DNA from: Selaginella moellendorffii
Taxonomy: Eukaryota; Plantae; Lycopodiophyta
Assembly (NCBI RefSeq): GCF_000143415.4
Contig: NW_003314266.1
Location: 3,937,674 to 4,001,673, forward strand
Reading direction: 5' to 3'
Length of the DNA: 64,000 bases
Part shown: one piece after another, positions 10,288 to 23,409 of the stretch
How positions within the stretch are numbered: position 1 is the first letter of the stretch
Layout: each line of letters begins with the position of its first letter
Position numbers and translations under genes: made by a program
The notes under the pieces: model-generated
Told to the model about the DNA's origin: nothing
The model's input: only the letters and a program-made list of their open reading frames with translations
Databases searched by the model: none

Positions 10288-12231
10288 GCATTTTTTGTAA
10301 TAAACAATGGCATCCCATTCAATTAGCTAGATTTTGTTTATACTAGCCATTAAGTTATTATGTCTTTGCTTGACGCAAACTACCAGTGTGCCATTTCTGG
10401 AGCTCGGAACATCTTTTTTTTCTTCATGCTAACACCTCACAGCTCCAACTTTCATTTTAGCATTTGCAATCCCTAGGAACTCTTTGTCTCATTGGCACTG
10501 CTCAGGATTACCATTGGGATTACCACTGTGGGCCATTCCGGAGATCTTTGTCAATACTCTGCTCTATGACCCCCAAAAGGTGGTGATGGCCTATGCATGG
10601 ACTGGTGCTATGGACTGATTGAGTATTATAGAGAAGTTGTGAGCTGTGTGATATTCTTGGAGGACTCAAAGTTGAGTTTACTATGAACAAATGGATATGG
10701 AAGATGTGCTTTTGTATTGCTCAAGCTTAATCCTGTTCTCCTGGATGAGCACTATCCGTAAGTTTAATTGGATTATCAATCACAAACACTTGGATCACCA
10801 AAACTAATGATACTTCCACTGGTGACACTAACAGTAACACTGTGAGAATTGACAGTAGCTCTAAAACCAAGAATAAGTTAATTCACTAACACTGGTTCCA
10901 CTTCTACTAGCAACAACATAGTGAGAACTTGGCACCAACTTCAAGGATAAGAGTTCCACTAGGTCTTAGGCCAAACCCTAACAACAACACCATGAGAACT
11001 TGTGTCATCTTCAGCAAGTGTGGTTGGAAATAAAACTCAACTATAATGCTTTACTCTATATTATTTTATGCTCTGAAATGTGCTTGAAGTGCTAGAAATG
11101 ATTTATAGTCTTTGCTGTCTTCTTAACACCCCACTTTGTTTCTCCTTGGGCATTGCCACTGCTCATAGCCAGTTTGCAACACCACACATGCAGTCCCTAT
11201 AGAATATTTTTAGCAGAAAATACAACAGAAATGCTACTTGTAAACTATTAAATTAGAATTTTCAAAGAATTTTAATTTAGATTTAAAATAAACTTTGGAT
11301 TGCATTAAATTACCTTAATTTAATAATTTTTTTTACCATTAAGCAGTAGTATTATATATTAAATATCTTATTTCATTGTTGATGATGATGAATAATCTAC
11401 AATTTTTTATTATGGTAGATAATTCTTAGACAATGATTATTGGTGGGGTGATTAACAATATTTAGTGATGGTTAATTGTTTTCTTTAATTACCTTAACTT
11501 TCCACATTACTACATATTTTTATGGTGCACTTTAGATTTAGTTATTGAGTTTGAAATATCAATGTGGCCTTTATAGTAATATTAATTCTTGCTAAGGTTG
11601 ATTTTGATAGATTGGAATTATTTTTTTTTAGTTTGATGCATTCTCAAGTATTTTGCTTATCAGGGAATGATGATTTGTTTACTTTGAGTTGTCTTTTGTG
11701 AATTTATTTTATGAATGTAATTGTGAGTCCCCAATCACATTCATGATAATTTACTTTACATGCTATTTTACATACATTGTAATTAAGTTTTATCATAAAG
11801 TTTACCTGCATGCTTACTACTGAATTTTTTGAGGTAGTACTAGTTTCTCGAATGATAACTTAATTTAGTTTTAATCTAAGATTGTTAACTTATAATTTGG
11901 TATCATTAAAATATATTGTCTCTAATATTGTCCATCATATTGATTTGCAAGTTTGGGCCAATAATGGCCTCTGCACTTTGTAAGAGATTAAAGGCCATTT
12001 GGATTCGGCAGTGATGGAGGGTGGCACTCTTGAAATGTGTGTGGTTGGGGTGCACACTAGGGCAATGACTGCCATAAGCTTAAGGTTTTAGCTAATATTC
12101 ATGGTAAATATAGTATATTGACTAATATGTTGGCTTTATCCAAGCATACACAATGAAGTGGCTAGATTCATTTTAAATTTCAAATGAATTTCATTGAAAA
12201 TTTAAATTATTATTACAAATTATTTAAATAA

Positions 12232-12234
<3 letters not shown>

Positions 12235-12271
<37 letters not shown>

Positions 12272-12282
12272 GTGTGTGTGTG
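12235..12282. repeat. (TA)n(TG)n compound microsatellite
   Basis: Direct inspection. Confidence 0.95.
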
Positions 12283-12449
12283 TATTTATAAATTTATTTA
12301 ATGTTCAGAAGGCGAGAAACTGAAAGTAGAAGAGGATTTGAAGAGTGCTATTGAGGCTAGTGTCCGAGCACGAGCAGCTATTGTGGAGAATGAAGAAAAA
12401 ACTCTCTCATTGGCCAGTGAATTCCAAGAGAAGGTGGCGGCAGGTTTGC

Positions 12450-13520
12450 TCAAGCCTGGTGAGGAGCAAGAGATCGGCAAGAATGGCCTCAAGAAGCTGC
12501 TCGTCAAGGCCGGAACTGGCTGGGAGATGCCAGAGCCTGGCGATGAAGTGAAAGGTGGTAGCGCCCTTCTCTCTCGCCCTGGCGTCGCAATGCTGGTAGA
12601 TTCTTGCAGTTCACTACACTACCCCGTTTTGATTGCTGTCAACAGGATGATGAAGGGGGAAAAAGCTTTGCTGACTGTGAGGCCGAAATGTGAGATGTTT
12701 GTGTGTTTGTTTAGCTAAGTTTCTAATGCGTTGGATCGTCTAGATGGTCTTAGCGAATCACTTTCTACCGATCTGGAGCTGGTATCTTGGAAAACTGTTG
12801 AGAAAATCGGCCAAGATGGCAAAATTATGAAGAAGATTATCAAGGCGAGTGAAGGACGTGATGATGGAACCAGTGAGTTTCTTAAAACCATCTCGAGCTC
12901 TCTGTTAACGGTGATGATAATGCAGTCAAGTATGTGCGCCAAGCTTTTGGACGGCACTGTGTTTAAGAAGAAAGGCGAAGATCCCTTCGAGTTTAAAACT
13001 GATGAAGGTCTTTTCTAAATCTGGTACTTTCCGCTGATAACCTGTTTTAGTGTTTTTTTTTATGAACAAGTTATTGATGCGTTGGACAAGGCAGCAGAGG
13101 AGAAGCTGCAGGTAAGACTCAAGAGGCCATCATAAATTGCATCCTGACAAGTATTTTAGGCCCTGGACCACGACTCTAGCTTTACTGACGATGAGAAAGT
13201 GACGAGCTGCTGCAAGGTTAGCGAGTCTCTCTCCTTGTGTATTTACCTGTTTTCATACAATTGAATCTCTCGCAGAACGAAAAGGCTCTCTATAGCAGAG
13301 CTCTAGCTTACACGCACATTGCTGATTTCAACCTGGCCGAGTCTGACATCAACTCAGCGGGGCTGGGCCTGGCCGAGTTTGATATCCAAAACGTATCAGA
13401 AAACCGGTAAGAATCATCACTCGCGTTCCATCAAACCAAGGCTCACGCGTTTATCCTACAGCAACTTGAGAATGGAGTACAAGTCGCTGAACAAAAAAGC
13501 TCTATGGCCACATGTTCGCA
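12450..13520 (+). pseudogene. FKBP62/ROF1-like multi-domain PPIase-TPR relic with many internal deletions
   Basis: Fragments EEQEIGKNGLKKLLVKAGTGWEMPEPGDEV, MMKGEKALLTVRP, DLELVSWKTV, KLLDGTVFKKKG..PFEFKTDE, EQVIDALDKA and KALYSRA occur in order, but intervening exons are missing or frameshifted. Confidence 0.75.
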
Positions 13521-13694
13521 AGGCTGAGGAAGTTAGAACAGGCAAGTTTTTTGGATAATCTTTTTCTTACACGAAAGTTTAGTCTCTTTTCAATCTTGTG
13601 CGACTTGTTGGGAGGGTGAGCCACAGAAGGCGCGGCTCCTGGAACACCGTTTAGAATGAGCCGCAGTGCCCCATCCACTCCATCCACTCGCTCC

Positions 13695-13772
13695 GGAGGA
13701 TGGATTTCGAGGGCTTCCCACGTCTGCCAAGTTCTCTTGCTGCGAAACTGGTGATTCGATTCCAGGGGCTGG
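13695..13772 (+). pseudogene. Inverted relic of the SG1-like TPR gene (penultimate exon end, shortened intron, start of last exon)
   Basis: CACGTCTGCCAAGT (13719-13732) is the reverse complement of 21775-21788; AAACTGGTGATTCGATT.CAGGGGCTGG (13745-13772) matches the reverse complement of 21693-21721. Confidence 0.8.
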
Positions 13773-13883
13773 GAGCAAACAAGGATGTGAACGGAGAAAG
13801 CCACTCACTCGCAAAAAAGCTATGGAGCCATGGTATGTGAGTTCCTTGAAAAGCTCTTCCTGCGAATCAAGGATGTGAGCCGA

Positions 13884-14579
13884 GGAAGGATCGAACTGCG
13901 TTGCATTTGCTAGGCATTTTGGGTATGACTTCTGTTTGACAAGAAGTCGCTTTTTTTCTTTCTTTCTCTTGATCATCAGGTGTATCTTCTGTCGCAAACG
14001 GGCTGATGTTCACAGTCACTCTTTCTTTAGGCAAAAGCATTTGCTAGCCAGACACAGTTCCCCGGAGGTATCTACATGAGATTTTTCGTCATCGCATTGT
14101 CTGATACACCTCTCGTTTCACAGAAGTTTATGCCGATCCAACCCATGCTTCATTTGAAGCGTTCCAATTCGTCTCTGGCGCGTCCACCATCTTTAATCCC
14201 AAGGTACGCAAATCCATCTACGTGGTTGTTAGCTGAACTTACAGTGTCAAAGGCTGCTATGCGAGTTATGGGAGCTCATTTTGAAGGCTATCGACAAGAC
14301 TGGGGGCTCTCTTTTGAGAAAGATACTGTACAGAGAGGTGGCTGGTAAGGTCTCATGTCATTCTAGAGCGATACCGCAGGCAGCAAGGAGGCATTGGCAT
14401 TGCTGGGCCCGGAAAAGATTGGTTGCTCTACATCCACAAGGTTCGTCTTTGTGCTTTCGAAGTTATGTTTGCTTGAATTTTTCTCTTTCATACAGGACAA
14501 GGAAGCAGGCGACGAGCCCGACATCAAAGAAGTCATAGCAGCATGTTGTGAGAAACAAAACTTGTCATGCTGTAAGTAA
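13884..14579 (+). pseudogene. 5'-truncated copy of the AAED1/PRXL2C-like gene
   Basis: Inverted copy of 31212-32068; lacks exon 1 and the EVFDAAGVSLVLVGPG exon (deletion after GATGTT near 14010). Confidence 0.85.
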
Positions 14580-14594
14580 TCGCTGTTCATTCCT

Positions 14595-16169
14595 TTACTG
14601 GTGCCTCATTTTTTTTGGTCCTTGCAGGCCTATTTCTCGCTGCAAGTTCTCAGTAATCTGCAAGCTTTGGACGAGACCTCCGTCCGCATTCATGTAAACA
14701 ATGTTGGCAAGCAACACGCTCGCATAAGTGGCCGCTCTCGGGTTGGATCGAATCACTTCCTTGGCCGCTCGGACTCCCAGCTCCAGGTTGTTGTGGCTGC
14801 TACAGGCACCGAGCAAGCACATCCAGTCCGAAAAGCTCGGCTCAAACGGCATCGCATCGATCAAATCCTCGGCCTCCTCCAGATAGTTTGCCCGTCCCAG
14901 AAGGTCCACAATGCACGAGTAGTGCTGCTTGGTGGGAGTCAGAGAAAAGTCCGCTATCATCGAGAGAAAGCACTGCCGGCTGGTGTAGAGCTTCCCTGAA
15001 TGGTTACAAGCGATCACCACGGACACGAAGCACGTCTCGTCGGGAGCTTCCACCAGCTTGAGCTTGTCATATGTATCCAGGACTCTGGAGAACTGTCCGT
15101 TTTGAGCAAAGGCCGCGAGAATCGCCCTCCAAGAGATGATATCCAGCAGCGGTGACAGATCGAAGAACTTGGCAGCGCGATCGATATGCCCGTTGTGCGC
15201 ATAGGCAGAAAACATGGTCGTCTGGGATCCAGCGTCTCTCTCCGGCATCGCATTGTACGTCATCTGGGCCTCGCCGCAGTAGCCGGACTGGCCGTACGCG
15301 AAGATCATCGTGTTCCACGAGACCAGGCTCTGAAGTGGCATTTGATCGAACGTAAACTTGGCTTCCTCCACCTGTCTCGCGTGAGCGTACACTGCAATCA
15401 TCGCATTCCATGCGATGGAGTTGCGCTCCGGCATTGATTCGAACACGCTCTTGGCGCTTTCGAGGTGGCCGGTTTGGGTGTAGCTCGTCACCATTGTCGT
15501 CCATGAAACTAAGTCTCTCTCTGGCATTGCTTCGAATAGCTCCTTGGCTTTGAGTGTATGCCCGTTTTGGGCATATGCCGCAAGCATGGAATTCCACGAA
15601 ACTAGATTTCTTTGGGGCATATGGTCGAACAAAGTTCTAGCTTCCTCGACTTTTGCCTTGTTTGAGTAAGCTGCCAGGAGTGAAGTCCACGATACAAGAT
15701 TCCTTTCTGGCATAGTCTCGAAGACTGTTTTCGCGTTTTCAGGGTGCCCACTTTGGGTATATGCTGCTAGAATAGAAGTCCAGACTACGATATTCCACAT
15801 TGGCATCTTGTCAAAGGTCTTTTTAGCTTGGGTTAAATTTTTGGCTTTTGCATAGGCTGTAATAAGCATACTCCATGAGACGAGATCCCTTTCAGGCATT
15901 TTGTCAAATGTGTTTTTCGCTTTTTCAAGAAGACCGTTTCGGGCATATGCAGCAAAAAGGAAGAACCAGGAGAATGAATTCTTGTCACATTTCATTTCAT
16001 CAAAGATGGACTGGGCCTGCTTTGGACTGCCACAATTCCCATACATTTCAATCAGTCTGTTGCAAACAATGATATCCTTAATCTGTAGAAAGTATGGAAT
16101 ATAATTTTCGAGACTGGCTGGACTATTGCATTTCCGTATTATCTCCAAGCAATGCTCTCTCTCTTGCAT
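14595..16169 (-). CDS. PLS-class PPR protein (524 aa) with E domain, no DYW
   Basis: Intronless ORF; repeats FxxMPERNLVSWTxxLxAY; HYSCIVDLLGRA..MPFEP..WMCLLGAC..VLLANI. Confidence 0.9.
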   Translation of the reverse strand: MQEREHCLEIIRKCNSPASLENYIPYFLQIKDIIVCNRLIEMYGNCGSPKQAQSIFDEMKCDKNSFSWFFLFAAYARNGLLEKAKNTFDKMPERDLVSWSMLITAYAKAKNLTQAKKTFDKMPMWNIVVWTSILAAYTQSGHPENAKTVFETMPERNLVSWTSLLAAYSNKAKVEEARTLFDHMPQRNLVSWNSMLAAYAQNGHTLKAKELFEAMPERDLVSWTTMVTSYTQTGHLESAKSVFESMPERNSIAWNAMIAVYAHARQVEEAKFTFDQMPLQSLVSWNTMIFAYGQSGYCGEAQMTYNAMPERDAGSQTTMFSAYAHNGHIDRAAKFFDLSPLLDIISWRAILAAFAQNGQFSRVLDTYDKLKLVEAPDETCFVSVVIACNHSGKLYTSRQCFLSMIADFSLTPTKQHYSCIVDLLGRANYLEEAEDLIDAMPFEPSFSDWMCLLGACSSHNNLELGVRAAKEVIRSNPRAATYASVLLANIVYMNADGGLVQSLQITENLQREIGLQGPKKMRHQ

Positions 16170-16745
16170 CTCTTAATATCATGTTGTTATATAAATTATT
16201 ATTGCTTTCAATATGAGCTTAGCAATACTGTCCACAGTCCATGGTAGCAATGTAATGGTAAGAAGATTTGAGAAGACATGGATATTTTTGTGGTAAATTA
16301 GAAATTGTCCAGAAAATATTGGCCAGTTGACAAAGATTATTGTTCAACACATGTCTCCTCCTCTCAATGTCCACTCTTTCTAGTTTTCCTTGCTCCATGC
16401 AACAGTGCCATCTTAAGGATAAAGAACTTTTTAAAAAAAGTCTACATACCTTTTCTAAAGTTTATATTTGGTATGCTATTTTTGTCAGTGTAAATCTTAT
16501 TTAACTTAGAAGATAATATAATGTTTTATATATAGAAAGTGGGAGTTACAATTTCTCGAAATCATGTTAGAAATATGCCTATATAATTTGGCAAATTTTA
16601 CTTGTTACTACTGGTTATGAGGCAAAATATTCTGAATGATAATTAAAGAATTAGAGTGGAAAATCACAACCGTTAGATTTTCGAACATCCAGAGATACCT
16701 AGGCTTTTTCCTTGAGAAACCAATTCAACAACAAAATTTCGTCTC

Positions 16746-19700
16746 CTAGATCAAACCAGCGAGTGAGGCAGCAGGACCAACGAGATCATCTGCAGGGCTT
16801 GGCATTCCTGGCAGGCTGGTTGGCGCAGCACCAGATGGTATATCAACTAGCCTCTCTTTGATATATTCCTTCAACCTGTGATTGCCCTTCCAGTTAATAC
16901 ACACACACACACACACACATCAAGGAAAACTTACTCCAGGGCAACGCTTGTATCCGGAGTACCCACTGTGAGTCTTATTTGGGTCCGATCTGCCGGATCG
17001 GTTTCAATCCTTATCTGTAATCAAAGTGCGTGACACTGCCAACAAAAAGAGATAGCTTACCAAGCATAGAGTCGGGTTTTCCGAAAAGTAAGTTGCCGCA
17101 CCAACGATGTTATTTACATTTGGATCCTGAGCAAAAGCCGAAAACCTCAGTGCATCTGGGAATGAAAACTAAAAACTCACATAGCCCGGAGCGATCGCAA
17201 CGTGAAGACTACCAAGCAAGTCGGACATTTCTTGGAGCGGAAGAGGCTTCACCCCGCGTACCTGGAAAGCATCTGGATGTAGAGACAGATCCTTAGAAAA
17301 CACACCCTCACTCACCACTTCTTGCAGCAGCTTATTCGGAGGGCCCATAAGAGCTTTCCAGCGAGCAATATAGTCTGCAGGAGCTAGCGTTGCTCCTTGT
17401 AGGAACTTGCTCATAATAACGGGAAGCCGGAGCTTGAAGCTAACCTGGAACCGTAAAAATCAAACTATAGTTTCCATTAACTATGAGATGCAAGCTTACC
17501 ATAGCTGACGAATTGTTGTAGCTAAAATCAAGGACAGGAATTTCTCTGCTTGGAGACAGGTTGGTGACTTCCACTGGACATTGTACCTGTTACAATGAAC
17601 ATCAACACGACGAGTTAGGATGAGTGACGAATGAAAAAAGAAAGAAAAACCTGTGCTCTAGGAGGAATTGTGTCAGGTACGTTCGATGTCAAGAGCTGCA
17701 TGTGCCGGGGAGGTAATATCACTGCCTTCACCGATAACAATGGTGCAGTATGCTTATTGCCAAGAAACAAAACTATACGCCCTTGGTTACCACGCCATTC
17801 CGCTTTCAAACCAATCTGCAATAGTACATTATAGCAAGGAAAATAATAATCCGCTTGCCTGAATGAAAGGATCTTCATAAAGAATGCCGCTGTCTTTTCT
17901 GCAGAGCGCATCGAACCACTCCGTGACGCTGCCGGTAGGCTGCAAACAGGACTTTGTAAGACTTGACAATCGTTTCTCAACATACCTGAACTGTCGAAGC
18001 CTGATTGTCCATGAGTGCTAGCGCCAGGGAATCACCTGGTCCAACTAGCGGCGAACTTTCGGGAGCACTGTGCGTAGGTGCAGCTTCAATAGCAAGAAAA
18101 TCTACGGGAGCTGGTGACTGTCCACCATTTGCAACTGGTACAGTAGGCGCCTCCTGCCAGCATCCAAATGCTATAAAACATTTATAAAGTCTGCCACGAC
18201 TTACAATGTTTCTTTGCCCCGAAGGTACTCTTGTAAGCGCTGGATGAACGCCATTAGCAGGCTTTTGATCTGCTACAACGACAGCGGTTGATGTCAGCTG
18301 CATGAGCCTTAGTTTAGTAGCACTCGTATCAGCCACGTCCACTTCGGTGTCCTCGGCTTTCTTCAGAAGCGCAGACTGCAGAAACTTTAACACATGATTA
18401 TGTGAATAGTAAGGAAGGCATAAAACCTGTCTTTCGGGGAACTTGGGCATCTCAGCCATCACGTCCACCATTGACGGGCCTTTCCGACTGAGAGCATAAT
18501 ATTCACTGGCTCGTTGCTGAACTTCCGCATCCAAGTAAGTTTCGTTCCTAAGAGGTAGACGTTAGTCCCCAACTCAGTAGAAAAACAGAAACATTACTTC
18601 CTGAAAACAGCTAGCACATGATTTTGCAGCTCCGGATCGACAGTTTGTGAATGCAGCAAAATCTTGATATAAGCTGAAAGAAGAATAGCCTTGGTAGGCG
18701 TCCTGTAGAAAGAGCCTGTTATACGGAGGAAGAATAAAGAAATGAAGCTTACGAAACGGTTGCGAATTTGTCATGGATAATGGAAAACACTTCTTTCGGA
18801 CTACATCCTGGCCTTCGTGACAGTAAATGACTGTACTCCCCCAGCAAATAGCCAGCCACCTACATGGTTTAAACTTATCAAGGGCGTGAAAACAATGTAA
18901 ACAAAATCCCACCTTCACCATAGTCTCGTGCACCGCCGGTTTGTCCAGAAAGTCTCGAGCTTTAGCGGCTGCGTACGGCTGTGAAGCACATGAGTTAAAT
19001 GACAATAAAAAAACGCCATACCCACCTGCAGATCATCATTGTTTGTCACAAATTGGACTACTCTGTACCAAATGTCATCGCTAACGAAATCTCCAGCCTT
19101 CTCAATAAGCTGTAAGATAACATCCACGTACCTAGCCAAAACAATTCCTTATTAGCAACAGGGAGAGATTTCTTCAGATATCAATACCATGACAGATCCG
19201 GAGCGAATTTCTCAGCCAGAATGGCAGCCTTAAGCGCAAGCTCCTCACGTATTGCAAAATCAGCAGTTGTCAGATACTGCAAGGGTTTAAAAACAGTGAG
19301 GGATACATCTTAAAGCCGCAAGAAATACCTGCAAAAGCTCCTCAACAATATCTTTCGCATTTGTTACATCACACATTCCATAAAGCAAATCCAGAGATCG
19401 CCTTCGAATACTGCAAAGAGAAATACACTGAACAAGGAGATCGATGAAGATAATTCTAAACCTTATATCCGGGTCCCTCAAAGATGTGATTATCTGCACT
19501 TGATGCCTTTTTATGCTTTCTTGTACGTCAGAAACCATAAGCATTCTGGTCATATTTTCCTGCAGTGAAAAACAAGGTAAAGTATAGCGTAAGGCCACAA
19601 ATATCCATACCAGTCCAAGATATCGAATGTTGGGCTCACGGACAGCAATAAACTTTCCAAGTAGACCAACACATTGTGCCATCATATCTTTCTCTGCGTC

Positions 19701-21108
19701 TAAATGCATCACCTGCGCGACAAAAAAAAGGCTCTTGAATGGAACAACAGAAAAAGAAAAAACCTACCAAAGCCAGAGCTTCAAAGAGAACAGCATGGGT
19801 TGCATTGTTCTTATTGATATTCTTCACGGCATCAGTTCCCATGAGGACTCTTTGAAGAACCTACACTTTGCAAAATGTGGCAAATGACTTTGATCGGTTT
19901 AAACAAGTTCAGAGCTACCTCAAAAAGGGATCGCCTAATGTTCGGATCATCAATCGCCGGGAAATATTGCAAAACTCGCATTGTTTTTACCTGCTCAAAT
20001 CACTAAACAGAAAGAGTAAATATGGTGTTCCCAAAGTCAACCGCAAAAACATCGACGAAAAACAAACCTGGAGCCAAGGAGATGGAATACCGTAGTATGT
20101 GTACTCCTGAGGAATATCTTGGCTCCTGGTTAAGCGCTCCAGAACACGAACGCATTTTGAAACGCAGTTCCAGTACGCGTCGGGATTGTTAGCCACGAGA
20201 GCAACGAGCAAGCTCATGACAGCCGTAAGGACTCCAATTTCTCTTTCGTCAAGCAGCTGAGACATTCGATCCGCCCTGTCATGGAGATTAGTCCACAATC
20301 AGGAAGACAAGCCTCTTGAAATACCCACCAGCCGTCCACGCTGACAACATCCGGATTCTTCCTGTAAAGTCGCAGAAGACACAATGCAGCCTTCTTCCGC
20401 ACCAGTGGCCGACAGGAGTTCGAAATCTAAAGCACATAGCGCCTAGGATCAAGAGACACCAGGCCGATAAACAGAACTTACCAGCAGCTTTTGCACATCG
20501 GGAGCTAGTGACTCGGAAAACTCCTTGCCACCAATGTTCCCAACCTGGATAACTTCCGCCTAAGACGACAAAAACTCTGAAAACTACAGAAGCATACCAT
20601 TGTCAGCGCCAGGCACTGAAATGTCTCGTTCCTTCCGATAATGTCATTCCGGACAGTGTTTATAACAAGCCGCAAGAAGTCGTGGTTTTCGTTCAGCAAA
20701 GAAGAGGTGACAATGTACCCCACCTGCGAGAACAAGTCTAGATTCCACCAAGACAAAACCAAGAACACTATTTACCTGCTTTTCAGCGTACTTGGGAGCT
20801 GAGATCAAAGACACCGCTTCCATATGCCCGAAATCGACATCATAACCAAGCATGAAGATGTAGAGCATCTTCCAAACGTATTTTTTCTTCTCATAAGGCG
20901 TCAATCCCTGGCGCAAGCGGGCAATCTTAGCAATCCGAGACGAAGAAACCCAAGCAGCAAGAAAAAGATCACTCACCTTGTCATTCTTAAACTTGGTGCG
21001 AATGTTCGCGAGCTCCTTGTCGACACGAGCCCGCTCCAGCTCCTTATTCTGGCAGTTCCTCACATCGCTGATGAAGACCGACAACCCTCGCATGCCGGAC
21101 AGCGCCAT
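16746..21108 (-). CDS. AP2A: AP-2 complex subunit alpha (alpha-adaptin), many short introns
   Basis: [62 protein letters not shown]; ear domain; TAG at 16746-16748. Confidence 0.95.
16889..16919. repeat. (AC)n microsatellite in the last AP2A intron
   Basis: Direct inspection. Confidence 0.9.
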
Positions 21109-21516
21109 CGCGCGCTCGCGGCGCCGCTAAAACCCTCAGATCTGGCCCTGCCGAGCTAAAGCCCCGAGAATGCGCCGCCGCTTCAACACCGCCGCGACAC
21201 GAGCACCGAATGCATCGCCCGAGCTGCCGAAATTTCGCCCGCGCCGCGCCGCGACGGGCGCTGGTCGATTACCTGTGCCAGATCCCGCGCGAGAGGATGA
21301 GCATCGGATGGAACGCGCGGCGCCCGGCGACCTGGAAGAGCGCCGAGAAGAAGCGAGGGCTTTGAAAAGAAGAAAAATTAACAAAACCTATTAACCATGT
21401 AGCTTATAAACGTAGTTATTTATCACTAAACTCAATTAGTGACAATTAATGCAGGTTAACAATCTCTTATTGATACGAGCAAAATTTGTTTCCATGGTTT
21501 CCATTTTATCACAGCT

Positions 21517-22789
21517 TTAAGATTGGGTCGCTACTTTGGAGCTTTCTTCTTCCATGCGCTGCTTGGCATCGCTTCGTGCCCTGTTAACCAGATCCTCGAT
21601 CGCCTCCCTACCTTCGTAGTATTGCGGGCAGTACTTCTCAAAATTGCTGAAGTGTTCTTCGGCTTGATCTAGTTCTCCCAGCATGCAGCAAACCAGCCCC
21701 TGAAAATCGAATCACCAGTTTGGCAAACTTTACAACCGAGGAGGAAGAACAAGAAAAAGAGAAAAGCCTTTTTTACTTGGCAGACGTGTGGACGGAAGTC
21801 TGTCGGATCCTCCTTGCTCAGCTGCTCGTAGAGTTCCAGAGCTTGTGGCAATTCTTCCTGGACAAACGCAAGCTTGAAGAGATGAGAGGTTTCTTTGATC
21901 TAGAAATGGATCTTTACCTTGAGAGTGAGGAGCTGGCCTTTGAGCATCCGGAAGTTCCTCGCGTCCTTGGGCCTGTCCTCTTCGGTGGCCTTTGCCGCGG
22001 CGTCCTCCACGATTTTCTGGATGAAATCGATGTCTTTGCCTTGCTTCTTGAGAACCAACGCAAGGCCCTGTCAAGAGCAAGAGACAAACAAACAAAAATC
22101 ACTCCTTGCAAAAGAGAAAGTTCTCTAAAGCTTACTTGGAGTGCTCGAAGGGACAGAGGGTCCACCTTCACGGCATCCTCAAACTCCTTGAGAGCGTTGT
22201 CCAAATCTCCAATGTACTCATAAGCGTGGCCGCGGATGAATCTAAACTCTAACTGCGACGGATTCATGTCGATGAGCTTGGAAAGGACCTTGATCGCCGC
22301 TGGCATGTCCCTCTTCTCCATGAATCCGTGGAGCCGAGTGAGATCATCCAAAATCTCCTCCTCCTCCTCCTGCGTTCTCCTCCTCAAAGTCTTCTTCTTC
22401 TCTGGAGCGCCTTCTTTTTGCTCCATAGCCGTGGTAGTGGCCACATTCTCGTTAGCGCTGGCTATGGCTTCCTCCGCCCTGGCAACTCTACACGAATTCA
22501 TGCCCGCCGCGAGCAAAAGGGCCGAGCTCCCCAAGAACAAAGCCGCGATTCTGCGAACCCTGTCCTTCAGAGACCTCTCTTCCACCGCCAATGGAAGCCG
22601 CGAGCACTGCGGCCGCGATCTCGACAGCGATCGCCTTCGTCCGCTACTGTCTGGCGCAGCAAACCTGATCGATCCGGGAGACGAAATCTCAAGCCTCCTG
22701 GAGCTCGGCACTGTCGCCGGCAGAGGCATTCTGGAAGCTCTTCCCAGCGCATGCAGCGCCAAAGCCGTAGACGAGGCGACCATCTCCAT
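21517..22789 (-). CDS. Plastid-targeted TPR protein, SLOW GREEN1-like (3 exons)
   Basis: Ser/Arg-rich transit peptide, TPR helices (LKEFEDAVKVDPLSLRALQG), EARNFRMLKGQ, EDPTDFRPHVCQGLV. Confidence 0.78.
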
Positions 22790-22906
22790 CGCGGTCGCTT
22801 TGCTAAAGCCCTAACCCTAAAATGATAAACCCATCGTTATGGATCTAACGGCTTGGAGTACGAAAAAAAGGAATAAATATCTTTTGTTTAAACTAATAAA
22901 AACTTA

Positions 22907-22976
22907 TGGAGATGGGTGTCGATCCTCCTACCTGTCGATTGCAAATCAACCACTCCACCGTTTGGGCTACATGCCC
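22907..22976 (-). tRNA. Divergent tRNA-Ala(UGC)-like sequence (pseudo-tRNA or tRNA-like element)
   Basis: GGGCATGTAGCCCAAACGGTGGAGTGGTTGATTTGCAATCGACAGGTAGGAGGATCGACACCCATCTCCA; anticodon stem GTTGA/TCGAC with TGC, G3:U70 pair, followed by TAAGTTTTT; 3' side of the T-stem is ~3 nt short. Confidence 0.65.
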
Positions 22977-23409
22977 TAATGATGAAATTTATGTTTAAAA
23001 ACGGCTTTGTTTGTATGTAAGTAGGATTTAATCAAAGATATTGAGAAAAAATCAAGCTTAGTGCCACAAGGATTTAAGATGCATTCCTTATGTTGGGATT
23101 CAGAGATCAAGCTTTGTTTAAACTCAATCAATCAATTGTGTACTTTCAGAAAGTACGGCATTGTAAGTTGCACAAGTAAGACAACTTCCAGATCTCCAAT
23201 ATGAGATGAGTATGTAGAACTTAAAAAGTGTTAGCAGTTATAGGTAGGCTATTTTAAGTATTTTTGGTGGCTATCGATATCCTTTATACCAAACTATGTA
23301 AGGTTTGAATAGATGAAATATATGGAGATGGATTAATAATATTCTAGTTCAACTATTATATATACTTATAAACATTATAAAAAACCCAAATTAAAAAAAG
23401 GCAAATTAA

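Noticed and set aside
10790-11010. Three degenerate ~80-bp repeats sharing AACAACA..GTGAGAA
   Set aside because: Too diverged and short to assign; no spacer structure, not CRISPR-like
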